Below, in pieces: positions 10,791 to 21,324 of a stretch of DNA of 64,000 nucleotides (position 1 is its first letter; each line of letters starts with the position of its first letter). The notes under the pieces were generated by a model. That model saw only the letters and a list, made by a program, of their open reading frames with translations, ran no database searches and was not told the DNA's origin. Origin of the DNA: Paramoeba atlantica (Eukaryota > Protista > Discosea); the NCBI GenBank assembly GCA_977017575.1, contig CDRNVI010000012.1, forward strand, positions 372,001 to 436,000, in the 5' to 3' direction. The position numbers and the translations under genes are program-made.

Positions 10791-11373
10791 CTCACCCTTT
10801 TATTACTACTTATAAGTATACCGTATGTAAAATATAAGTGATTTCGTGATTTATAATGTCGGTGTGCTAGCTGCTTCGTAGAAACAGCGGTGGCTATTGG
10901 TAAACGGGCTTCGCAAAATTGCTTCCCACTAACGACGCCGCGTATGGCAGAAAATATCACCGCAGGGAGTCGAACCTGCGACCACCAGATTATGAACGGC
11001 AGGTCTTACCAACTGGACTACCTGGGTCCGAGTCCCGCGACCTACGTTTTTAATCACCTTGATTTGAGCCCAAATCGAAGATAGAGGGGGGCGGGGGCTG
11101 GACCCCCTTTTCTCACCCTGCTGGATCCACCCTACTCCGGACACCATAAAGAAGGGAGAGGCAGAGGTTGTAAACAACCTCCGCAATTTATAATATAAAC
11201 AGCTTTTATAAGCAAAACGTAGCGAGCCCAGTTTACTTATAAAAACACTTATAAGGCGACTTATGAGAGCTGCGGGTCCAAAAAAGAAGCCCAACTTATG
11301 AAATATTCTTCGACTTCATCGTCAGTATGCCGGCTGCCCGAACTTATAAGTACAGTAGTTATGAAAGGGGGAG
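10791..11373. mobile_element. Stowaway-like MITE carrying a tRNA-like cassette
   Basis: TA|CTCACCCTTTTATTACTACTTATAAG versus CTTATAAGTACAGTAGTTATGAAAGGGGGAG|TA. Confidence 0.6.
10955..11027 (-). pseudogene. tRNA-Met(CAT)-like sequence with intact box A and box B but unpaired acceptor and anticodon stems
   Basis: 73 nt ACCCAGGTAGTCCAGTTGGTAAGACCTGCCGTTCATAATCTGGTGGTCGCAGGTTCGACTCCCTGCGGTGATA followed by TTTT; anticodon loop TTCATAA. Confidence 0.7.
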
Positions 11374-11817
11374 TATACGACTCCGCTCTATCACTTTTTT
11401 TTGGATGGGCTGCGAAACGTCTGACCGCATCACGTTTTTGGCGAATTTCGTAGTTGGGAACCTTGTATGACATTGTGTTAGAAGACTGTTAGAAGACCCC
11501 ATAATGCGAATTAAAGATTTTTTGAAATCCACTGTTGAAGGAATTTGAAATTTTTTGCAGAGCTCAGAGAAGGAGCTAGAGTAAAGCTCATAAATTAAAG
11601 AAACTCATAAATAGAGAACTACTACCAAATTCATGTTTGGTATGTTTTATTGGGGAAAGTAGGCTAAAATATTTTGGAGGAAAAGTCCCTATTCACCTAT
11701 TTCAACATTCGTCTTTTGCCGTCTCCGTTTGAAAATCTGTCATCAAGGAATCAAACTATTTCGCAAAGGAATTAAAAGATCTAGATAAGATAGAAAATAT
11801 TCTAGATATTTTTATAA

Positions 11818-12996
11818 TTAAATTTTATAATCTTGTGTATGTAGCAACGATTCATCCAGGACGGTCAAGTTATCCGTTTTCATTCCACAGTTCGGTGGGA
11901 GGCAGCACCATTTCAGTTTTCCAGTGGTATAGTCAAACATTACAGCTTTTGCAGCATCTTGTGTATTCTTGTAGTGTCGTCTCTTTGCAATTTTTGAAAT
12001 AATATTTGCCGGGTCACTATTCGTTTCCTGATTGGACAGGCCCATTCGATAGTGTGTACAAATAGTTTCCGGTAAGAAATGACTGAGCACCTCCTCAGCA
12101 TGGAGCTCTATATCGTTTAAATGGCGTTCAATATAGCTCCAAGGTCGATATATAGCGTCTAAACCACATAACGGTTGTCGCAGAAACTCAGCATTCTGGG
12201 GCAACGTTAGCAATGTAACTTCTTTGCTATGAGGTACACGACCCTTCGCTGCCTCCGAACTCACATGTACGCTTACCCTTCCGCCTTGCATATCAGCTAA
12301 ATTCTGAGTTAGCGTGCGAACGCCCACATTGGGGAATCCCGCAATGGTCACAAACACCTTTTGAAGTCCAAAACGACGTTGAATCCATGCAACGACTGCT
12401 GTGGAATCATACAGTAGAACGCCAGCAAATTTTTCTACCTTTTCCAAATAGGAAACCCACGCTTGTGCGATAGATGAAGGAACCAAGTTTTGCTTACTGA
12501 GGAGTAAAAGAACAGGAGTATTATTGTGAACTTCAGCAGCTAGGAGGAGCGTTGAGCTGACTCCTGATAACGGCGCCCGCGCATCGACGACAAGTATCAG
12601 CAACTGGCTCATATCCAGGCATTTTACCAGTTGAAGAGAAAAATCTTGATCTTCGAAGATTTTCTTTTTCCTTACCGCCGCTTCCTGTCCTTTTTGGGAA
12701 TCATTTTTTAATACACTCGCTTTGGAATTCGATACAACACTTTTGCCCTGCTTTTTCTCTTGTGCTCTGACATCCAACATGCCTTGTAAAAGATCTTCAA
12801 CATTGCTAGTTTTCCTAGGGATTGACAGAATAGCGCGTTCAGCGTGAAAATTTTGCGGACGTGAATCCCGAATGCTTTTAGTTTTTCGAATCGCTCGTTT
12901 GACGTCTCGTCTATGCTCACGGACATGACGGAGCACTGAAAACTTCTTTTTCAGTGTTTGACGCTTCGAAAGGTCTCCTTTGCTTCGCTTCGGCAT
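11818..12996 (-). CDS. GNL3/Nug1 (nucleostemin-like) circularly permuted GTPase homologue with degenerate G motifs
   Basis: Basic GN3L_Grn1-type N-terminus (SKRQTLKKKFSVLRHVREHRRDVKR), VVDARAPL, LSKQNLVP, GFPNVGVRTL, DYTTGKLKWCCLPP. Confidence 0.8.
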   Translation of the reverse strand: MPKRSKGDLSKRQTLKKKFSVLRHVREHRRDVKRAIRKTKSIRDSRPQNFHAERAILSIPRKTSNVEDLLQGMLDVRAQEKKQGKSVVSNSKASVLKNDSQKGQEAAVRKKKIFEDQDFSLQLVKCLDMSQLLILVVDARAPLSGVSSTLLLAAEVHNNTPVLLLLSKQNLVPSSIAQAWVSYLEKVEKFAGVLLYDSTAVVAWIQRRFGLQKVFVTIAGFPNVGVRTLTQNLADMQGGRVSVHVSSEAAKGRVPHSKEVTLLTLPQNAEFLRQPLCGLDAIYRPWSYIERHLNDIELHAEEVLSHFLPETICTHYRMGLSNQETNSDPANIISKIAKRRHYKNTQDAAKAVMFDYTTGKLKWCCLPPNCGMKTDNLTVLDESLLHTQDYKI

Positions 12997-13182
12997 GATT
13001 AACTTGTAGAAAGAAAACTCAAAAAAGAGCCTACTTTAGGTAAATGAAGAATTTATGAATGGTAAATTTATTTTATAAATCGTAGCCATAGATTTTGCGG
13101 TGGTTGTATAACTACAGCTCTACCCTCGATTATTGAAAAAAAGTGAACAAAAACAGTGAAAATATAAAGAGGAATACAGTAA

Positions 13183-15356
13183 TCATACATCTCCGCAGTA
13201 CGGTACTTCGTACTAAACGTAGTACGGACCCCGTATTTCGTACTAGTACGTACTAAGTACCGTACTATCCGTACTTAGTACGAAAGTCCGTACTTCATGC
13301 AGTTTGTCTAACAATTTCAAATAAAGAAATCACACTGAAGTAGTGTACCATGTGACGCTGAAGGGCTGCAACCTCTGTCATGAAGGGCATACATGCTAAC
13401 ACTCACTAAATAAAAGCGAATATAGAAGTAATTTAAAAGGAATATAGAAGAAGCGTACGGTGAACGCATAAAAATTTGAATCAAAAGACACTCTATATTT
13501 ATCACTATTTTCTCACTTGCTATGAACTAACGAATAGGTGATCGCCGACACCCGCCCAAAAAATGTATAAGAGAACGGAAAGGAAAAGTGAAAGTGATCT
13601 AAGAACTTTTAGAAGCTATTTTCATTGAATATATAGAATACTGTATATATTTTTTTACAAAGGTATGCAATCAACATCATACATTACAAGATTCCATTAA
13701 TTTTAGTTTATTACTACGAAAAATCACCCTAAATTAGTCCAATGAGAGAGTGGCTACTCTGTAAAATTTTTGTCTTCACCTTCATCTGTATCTCTACTTT
13801 CGAGAAGATCAAACTCACCTTCCTCGGATGATTTATATTGCGTTTTCGGGCTATGAGTCACTCTTTTAATCTTATTTAGGTTTCCACGCAAAAAAATCCG
13901 GTCAGCAATCACACGTGGAGGAAGTCTGGATTGTCGAGGACAGTACATATACGACAATATCGATAGCCATGAGTCACACTTTGTCACGAGAGGTGGCGTC
14001 CAAACGTAACGACGCGCGGCGTTAGAAAATAATGGGAAAAGTCTATCACCCGTAGTGCACCAGTAATCATACTCATTACTGTGCACAGAGGGATCCCACT
14101 CAAAGTCAGTACAAGTGACGTACGCTTGCCATTCTATGTCAGTAATAGAAAATAAGGCGTTTCGCTCTGTTAGTGCTCCCAAACCTCGATCAAAAAGGTT
14201 GTTCGCCCGCTGCACACTGATACTCTTCATGTTATATGGGCGCCCGAATTCAGAAATGAATATTGGATCGAACCAAACAATGTCTTTCCAAAATTCCATG
14301 TTATGGTTTTTAGAAAGCCGGGACATATGATGCTTCAGCGCTTCTTTTAAACCTTCAGGCCCGACTCCTTCCTCTGAATCCTCGAATAACTGTTCCAAAG
14401 TTTCGGCAACGTGCGTCGCTGTAGGTTTCCCATTGAGGTCAGAAAATTTGTTCAATGCAACGAAGAGAATAGTATATGTTCTCCCTTCATCCGATCGATG
14501 CCAGCGTCAACGGCAGCCCCAAAGTATGTATACTTATCGATGTCCGACTTGAGAATTTCCCATAGCTCATCGGCGAGAACAGATTCACATTCGTGAAGTT
14601 TTCCGGTCTTTTTGGGGAAAAAGGCTAGAAACTGTTCAATGGTAACCTTTGGAGGCCATTGCTCCAGGAGCGACCGAACAAAAGTAAGAAATTGCTGCGA
14701 AGGAGTGCTCATGAGAGCATGCATGCTGGGTACTATTCGTGTGGCGTAAAGTTCGGCTTCCCTTTCACACGACATAGCCATTTGAACAGCGTCAAGTTTC
14801 TCCTTATCAATTCGAAGATCGCAGTGCTTACGATGTTGTTGATAATGATTACGAGTCTTGCAATGAGATTCAAAATGGCAGCCAGGGGCCATGCATTTGT
14901 AATGACATTCATGCCCCATACCGTCAACGGGCATTGCATCATGGTCGTGATGACAATTTGCCGAGCAACGTACGACAGCAAAAAGGGGAATCGCCCCCTC
15001 TCGCATTAGAACGCTAGGCGGCGTTGCGTGATGAGCGCGAGAGACCGTTCTTTCGGGAGTTACCTCGCTTCCATCCTGTTCACCTCGGCTTGACTTCCTA
15101 GACATGGTGCTGGAGAAAAGTGAATGAAAATTGAAAAGAAAATGCTATAAGTAACGGAATAATAAATTAGTTTAAGTAATGCGATCCCAACATTGTTTTC
15201 CAATGAAAAAGATGAGCTTTTCTTTAATTGAAATTCGTAGTCAAGGTCCCACTTTGGCATAAAATAATTTTCAAAATGTATGAAGTACGGACTTTCGTAC
15301 TTAGTACGGATAGTACGGTACTTAGTACGTACTATCCGTACTAAGGAGATGTATGA
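13183..15356 (-). mobile_element. hAT-like transposon, internally deleted and frameshifted, with long GTAC-rich TIRs
   Basis: Terminal TCATACATCTCC / GGAGATGTATGA; 55-bp block 13244-13298 inverted at 15280-15334 with one mismatch by eye; GTAA on both flanks. Confidence 0.75.
13754..15105 (-). pseudogene. hAT-family transposase remnant (two ORFs joined by a frameshift near 14480)
   Basis: BED-like CMAPGC...HYQQH; first catalytic Asp region AVDAG..SDEGRTY; TATHVAETLEQL; hAT dimerisation domain YWCTTGDRLFPLFSNAARRYVWTPPLVTKCDSWLS...RQSRL...IFLRGN. Confidence 0.7.
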
Positions 15357-15529
15357 GTAATATAATAAAGGAAAAAAATATAAAAGGGGGCTCCCGTGGT
15401 CCAAAATTGAAAAAAAAATTGAAAAAAATGCGGGGTCTAGGGTGGGCCGGGGGAGGGCATACCGCACGAAATATTTTTTGAAAAAAAACCCGCAGAAGGT
15501 GCAGCCGGTGTCTTTCCCCTATATTGTAG

Positions 15530-15650
15530 TATTTTGATAGTTTATATTGTAGTTTATATTGTAGTACAGTTTATATTGTAGTATTTTGATAGTTTCGGAC
15601 CTACACTAGCTTTCTATACTATACTATACTAGCCTATACTAGCTTTCTAC
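15530..15650. repeat. Low-complexity microsatellite-like tract (TATATTGTAG, CTATA units)
   Basis: Directly visible tandem units. Confidence 0.7.
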
Positions 15651-15854
15651 GCCGTTGTTTTCGCCAGATATCCCTTCTTCGATCCGTGGTGTGCCCCCCA
15701 AAATGACCCATTTTTGATTAAAAAAGGTAAAAAAGTATTTTTCGGACCACATGGGGCCTTGTTGTGTCGAAAGAATGGTGTGGTTGGAGTCGCATTCTCT
15801 ACCCAATACGTTCGGTAGGCTTAAATTCACTCCTACAAGTCATTTCCCACACGC

Positions 15855-15935
15855 AAATATCAGATTTAGTGCTCTGAGAGCAAAAATACGCAAAAATCAC
15901 TCCATTTTTACCCGAAAATCGGCTATTTGTGGCCA
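15855..15935 (+). repeat. Dispersed repeat, inverted copy at about 21235-21312
   Basis: ATCAGATTTAGTGCTCTGAGAGCAAAAA...ATTTTTACCCGAAAATCGGCTATT matches the reverse complement of 21235-21312. Confidence 0.65.
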
Positions 15936-15979
15936 TAATATTTCCGTATTCTTCAGCTTTCCAGGCCAAATTTTCTTCT

Positions 15980-16080
15980 TTAGGCTCTTCATTAATTGCG
16001 GTGGTAGTTTTCAACTCGAAGCGCGCAGCACGAGTGACTTCTAAGTTGGAAACGACCACCGCGTTTAACGAAGAGCCTAA
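15980..16080. mobile_element. Hairpin mini-MITE, arms about 37 bp
   Basis: TTAGGCTCTTCATTAATTGCGGTGGTAGTTTTCAACT / AGTTGGAAACGACCACCGCGTTTAACGAAGAGCCTAA; TA at both ends. Confidence 0.65.
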
Positions 16081-16204
16081 TAATAAAGCCGTAAATTATG
16101 CTCATAAATTATAGCCAAATTATTTGGCTGTATTTGAAATATAGCCTTTGTTTTAGTTTTTTGGACAGAATTTAGTATACCGCACCCATTTTGTATACCT
16201 ACTA

Positions 16205-16523
16205 CCGTATACCCCCCAGTGAGGTACCCCCCAGAAAGACATATTTGGCCTTTTTTGGGCTGATCCCAGTAAGAGAGATTTGGTTCTGGAGCCCCACAGG
16301 AGGCGTATAGGGGGTAGGGGGTGGGTGTCTGCATGTTGGGGGGCCTCAGGGGTAACCCAAAGAAGCGTTTTAACACGTTTTCACAAGAAAAAATGGAAAA
16401 AAATAGTCAAAAAAGTTGGGAGAAAAGAGGAAACTGGCCAAAAAAGCATACCCCCCCCAGTAAGAGAGATTTGGCCATTTCGACCCAAAACCCATTCTTT
16501 TACTGGGGGGGGGGGGTATACGG
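16205..16523. mobile_element. TA-flanked MITE
   Basis: TA|CCGTATACCCCCCAGT ... ACTGGGGGGGGGGGGTATACGG|TA; internal CAGTAAGAGAGATTTGG twice; related inverted fragment at about 18300-18362. Confidence 0.75.
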
Positions 16524-16722
16524 TAGGTATTTTCGTGGAACATTAAGAGTTTTTAGTATAGGAACATTCTTTGGAATCACTTTTCTCCATTGGACCCTGC
16601 TAAAGACGTCTTGATGAGAAAACGTCAATTGTCGGATAATCACACCTGTATACACACTGTATCGAAGCAATCATACCTCTATGGAGATACCTTCCGATTC
16701 AGAAGGTATTCAGTTCATTTCT

Positions 16723-17637
16723 TTAGGTTCTTATTACCAAGCTTTCTATCTTGCACTCGTTACGCTGTAAATACGTTTTTAAAAGATTTTTAGCCACATT
16801 TACAATGTGTTTATATCGACAACTGCCAAGTTTTATTCCACCAAACCATCTCGTCACTATTAATATAATGTTTTTGAGGCGCAGCGCTTGTAAAAGGAAC
16901 AGCAGTTTCGAGGACGCTCCAGCTTCACCGTCATCGTCACGACTCTCAAAAAGATCATCATTCTCCATAAAACGGTAGGCATAGATAGCTGGATGCGTTG
17001 CCCCCTTGACTAGCTTGGAGCCGCGTATACGCTCCAGTACCAGGATCACCTCACGTTCTGAACGCGCTTCGGCCAGGTGAGCCTGAAAAGCCGAACGTCG
17101 ATCCCTCACCACCTCGCCGGAAAAAAAAGGGACTACAGTATCTTCTAGCGTATTATTCGTTTTAGAATGAATTATGTTCTCCGGAAAACCGTTCTCTTCT
17201 TTGTTTAGTTTAAGAGACGCCTGATCTCTAAACCCATCCATAAATAATGTGTTCCGTGTTTGAAAAGAGTGCTGCTGCAGCTCCGTAGTTATGAGCTGCG
17301 TAGCGTACACCAAAACTGGTGAAAATCTTAAGCTCTCGATCACTTGATCGTAAATGTCGTGAATGAATTTCTTTCGCCAAGTTCCACAAACTTTATAGAT
17401 AGCTGGAAAATAGATGTCAATTCGTGGAGTAGCTGCTGGGTATTCTGCAGAGAGTTCATAACGAATAGTGCACTTTACTTTTAGGACATGTAATGCAACA
17501 AGAACACTGAAGGGAGGGGTTATTGTTACTGCTTCTTCAGATAGCAGCGCCTGCAAACACTTTATTTCTTCATCTATAAGGCTCAACGTAGATTCTCCAA
17601 ATCTATGTCTCGTTTCCTCAGAGAGGATGTCTAACAT
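16723..17637 (-). CDS. IMPACT: IMPACT/YIH1 family protein (RWD + UPF0029)
   Basis: DRRSAFQAH, HPAIYAYR, DDDGEAGA, VTRWFGGIKLG; N-terminal RWD-like segment. Confidence 0.9.
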   Translation of the reverse strand: MLDILSEETRHRFGESTLSLIDEEIKCLQALLSEEAVTITPPFSVLVALHVLKVKCTIRYELSAEYPAATPRIDIYFPAIYKVCGTWRKKFIHDIYDQVIESLRFSPVLVYATQLITTELQQHSFQTRNTLFMDGFRDQASLKLNKEENGFPENIIHSKTNNTLEDTVVPFFSGEVVRDRRSAFQAHLAEARSEREVILVLERIRGSKLVKGATHPAIYAYRFMENDDLFESRDDDGEAGASSKLLFLLQALRLKNIILIVTRWFGGIKLGSCRYKHIVNVAKNLLKTYLQRNECKIESLVIRT

Positions 17638-17844
17638 GATGGTGAAAAAGACGTCACTAGGACCATATTATGAGATTTGCACGTAATAAACATGTAATAC
17701 TTGCATACCCTGGATGTGTACAAAAGTAATTTATGTACAGTATGTATTACTACAGGCTGTAGTAATAAGTTAGGCAGTACGAATAGGAATAATGTGCTTC
17801 GTTCTCTAACACAAGGGTGTAGACTACATCCTTGTTTTACTACC

Positions 17845-18250
17845 ATATCGGTCAAATCTCCCTTTTTTCCCCCAAATTCTTTTTGAAGTTTTGAAGGGCA
17901 CTCCAAATGCTAAAATTAGTTACTTGCATTTCATCAGCTCATCTTCTGAGGCTGAAATAAAGGCCATTCGTGCTTTCAATTTCCAATTCGTTCATGTATT
18001 GTCCATACAGTATCGATACTGCACCGAAATCTATAAGTGTGTCACACCTTTTGCCAACCTGGTGTGCCACAATTTGAGCCCTAGAACTCATATTTTCTAT
18101 AAATGTCCCCGAATGTCTTGGTGTAAATAAGTCAAAGTCTTCTATTTCGTCAATACCAATCTAGAAGGATTGTAAAATCGCTGAACTCGAAAAAAAATTG
18201 AGGTATTTTTTTTTTAAAAAGATTTGGGGGAAAAAAGGGAGATTCCACCA
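17845..18250. mobile_element. Degenerate MITE
   Basis: AATCTCCCTTTTTTCCCCCAAAT (about 17857-17879) inverted at about 18222-18245. Confidence 0.5.
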
Positions 18251-19780
18251 CCATATCTTTGTGTAGTACTACAGTAGTACTACACAAAGATGGTCGTAAA
18301 ACGTATGCCCTATACGCCTCCTGTGGATCTCACGAGCCAAAACTCTCTTACAGGGGGGTAAATGAAAAAAGTATATGAAAAAGCATATGAAAAAAGTCAT
18401 AGATCTTGGTCGTTAAAACGAACATCAATTGAACTCAGAAACTTTTGGTGTAATCATGCAGACACGGGTATTGAAAACTGGTGGATATAAAGTGTAGGTT
18501 TCTCATCCCTGGGTGGGAAACTATATTTCACCTACGACGTAACATACCTATGTGTTCTATGAACACTTGTGTGTGTTCAGTAGTTCTATGGTTCAATGAA
18601 CACTTTTATGAACCAATAGAACACTTTTTCGATTTTTTTCCTGGCGCACAAACAATTTTTTTTGAAGCTTTGTTTCATTCAAATGGCCCCAGATGGTACT
18701 ACACGACCTAGATCCTCACGTACATGTAGGTACATGGCAGAATAGGTGGTGCGAGTCTGTGCCATCGATATGATTCCAGCGTCAAGGGGGCCACGAAGAG
18801 GCCCCAACCCCCAGTTAGGTTGGTCCTAACACGTCCTAACACGTGTTAGGCGTTTAATCAATTCGGCACACAAACGTCTTTAATGCACATAATGTGTTCA
18901 CAGTGCAAAAAGAATGTTTAGTGGAAATGACGACAACGAAGATGAGGAAAAAAATTCAGGTTTTTTCTTTGGGGAAAAAAGTCCCCTTTCACCCACAAGT
19001 GTATCGAGTACTTTCTTTTTTTCATCTGGACCCAGGTTTCTATTCAGAAGCAGGCCATGAAAGCACTCCAAGTCTTTCGCTGCTTTGTTAGCGTGGCTAT
19101 CATATTCTTCAAGTGAAGAGCATTGCTTTTGTATTGAGCCTTTCGTGACGATAAACACCCTCCACCATGGAAAGCGTTCATAAACCCCACCCAATGAAAA
19201 GTGACCCACCACTTTTTCTTTCGTACAAGCATCCGTTTGAGCTGATTTTTGTAGCATTTTGCAGATCTCAACATAAAGACTTTGCGCGTGAAGAAACGAA
19301 ACAAAAAGAAGCGAATACGTATATTTTAGAGAAGAATTTCCATTTAGTCACCTTTTCTCCGTTCTATTTTATACACTGCTTAAGGCGAGAGTCAAAACTT
19401 AATACCGTATTGTCGATAGGGTATTTACGTTTTGGGGCAAACGAGACCACGCTTTTTGTACACATCGGATAAGTAAAGGCTTATACATGTATATGAAGGC
19501 TAATATAGACCAGACGTTTTCTATGGGAAAGGTCTGGTGAATTGGGGGGGGCAATTTTTCAATACATCTTTCATTCTATTTGTAATATACTCCTTAGAGG
19601 CATGGGCGGTGTGTGCCGTAGCCCCACCTTTTTGGGGGAAAGGTACCTTTTTCAGCGTCTCTATGATAGACGAGCTCCTGATAGACGAGTCAGAGTCCAG
19701 AATAACTAAGTGTTTCCACCCTACTCCTATGGCACCCCAAACTTGGCATCTCGGCGCCCAGCGTACTGGTTCCCCATGTA

Positions 19781-19870
19781 ATAGATTGGGGTGGTTCCCC
19801 ATGGAAGCAAATTAGGGTGGTTCCCCATGGAAATAGATTAGGGTGGTTCCCCATGGAAATGGATTGGGGT
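19781..19870. repeat. Tandem repeat, about 3.5 copies of a 26-bp unit (ATAGATTAGGGTGGTTCCCCATGGAA)
   Basis: Direct tandem units; related single copy at about 20568-20604. Confidence 0.8.
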
Positions 19871-19880
19871 GCAAATGGAT

Positions 19881-19968
19881 TACAGTGTTATATTTAATTA
19901 CGGTATTATTTAATTACGCTTTAAGGTAAGCGTAATTAAATAATACCGTAATTAAATACAACACTGTA
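19881..19968. mobile_element. 88-bp hairpin mini-MITE (TA|CAGTG...CACTG|TA)
   Basis: 41-bp arms with one mismatch and a 6-nt loop. Confidence 0.8.
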
Positions 19969-21324
19969 ACCGTAATGTCATCCACTCGTAAATTACTAAT
20001 TTTTGAACACACTTTTTGAATAATTTTTAAGCGCCCAAGCCATTAGATTCGTCTGTGATCATTTTATGAAGGCTTGTGTTTCGTATGAAAGTGAGGCCGA
20101 TGGTATATTATTAATGTTTCGCATGAAAGTGGATCGGCCTTCGATACCAAAAAGGAGAAAAACAACTGACAACTCGGAAAATGAGGAGAATTCACAGCCT
20201 TTATGGTCTTTGAAGGCATTACTCAAAATGAAATCCCTTGGAAATGGGCCAGCGCGAGACATTCCGGCATCCAAGCGCGAAGCTGAGGTACGAAGTGTGC
20301 TTCGAGGTAAGGTTGCGAGAACTGGCGGTAATAGGAAACCGTCTAAGTAAGGAAAGAATTGATGGAATTGTATCTTGGCAAATTTTGAATACCTTGAGGA
20401 TTATTTGTAGGTTATGGGAAAAATATTGTTTGTTTGTACCGTATCAGACACATATAAACTCTGAACTTGGAAGTCATAGATGAAAGCTTTCAAGGTGAAA
20501 GTGTTAAGCTTTTTAACCGACTTTAAGTCGGTCTTATTGGATATTGGATTTATTTTTGTATTTGGATTGGTTCCCCATGTAATCGATTGGGGTGGCTTCC
20601 CATTTTTCTTCGACGGGCACGAAAGGTTCCTGTGGGACCTCGTCCTCTCATTAGAAATTGTTGAGGGTAATAGATAATGCTTGACTAAATGAGGGAAACA
20701 ATAGTTTTTTGCAACAACAACAACAAAATATTTTGAAATGAGAAATGCATTACGTTCGGCGAGTACAAAAAAAGCTGCCACGCGTACTAAGAGAGAACCT
20801 CATACCGCGGCATTCTTATACTGCATAGCTAGGGCATGTGTAATCACTTGGATATGCGCAAAACAAAAAAGTTTTATGAAAAATAATCAACATGTTCGTG
20901 GGATGTGTACCTCCCCAAAAAGTGTTCAATGCGTTCTATGTGTTCAATGAACAAAAAAAAGTGTTCATAGAACACATAGGTATGACGTAATGTGATCCTT
21001 TGGTGGGTTTGGTGGATGTGGTCAGGATTTTTCCTGCAGTAAGGCGGGGGGACCTCTTCACATCCAGGGGCTTTCACCCAAGTGCGGATATCAGGCCGTG
21101 AGAAGAGAGTCTGAAACTCCCAACGTAGGACGCGTAGTTCCTATGAATTGTCACTCACGCGATAGCGCAACTGCGTTTTCCGCGTTTTGAATGCAGAAAA
21201 AACTGATTTTGAATGCAGAAGGGAATTTGACCGACAATAGCCCATTTTTGGGTAAAAATAGGGTCATTTTTGTGTACTAGTGTTTTCGCTCTCAAAGCAC
21301 TAAATCCGATTTTTTCGCATAGGA

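Larger units (their letters stand above)
18480..21000 (-). mobile_element. Decayed Tc1-like element related to the 49750-52346 family, with secondary insertions
   Basis: Minus-strand fragments LSFALGCRN..W, QVWGAIG, GATAHTA, NCPPNSPDLS(P)IENVW, AWSRL, SRLKQCIK; inverted GAACACTTTT/AAAAGTGTTC-rich blocks at 18540-18630 and 20915-20995; boundaries approximate. Confidence 0.7.

Noticed and set aside
10955-11027. Functional tRNA-Met
   Set aside because: Acceptor and anticodon stems do not pair and the T-arm has an extra C; kept as a tRNA-like element
13524-13560. Possible spliced-leader RNA gene (AACTAACG)
   Set aside because: Only the first 8 nt match; no GTTTCTGTACT core or splice donor follows
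19781-19870. Possible CRISPR array or interstitial telomeric repeat
   Set aside because: Units are contiguous with no unique spacers and no cas genes in a eukaryotic context; TTAGGG occurs at most once per unit
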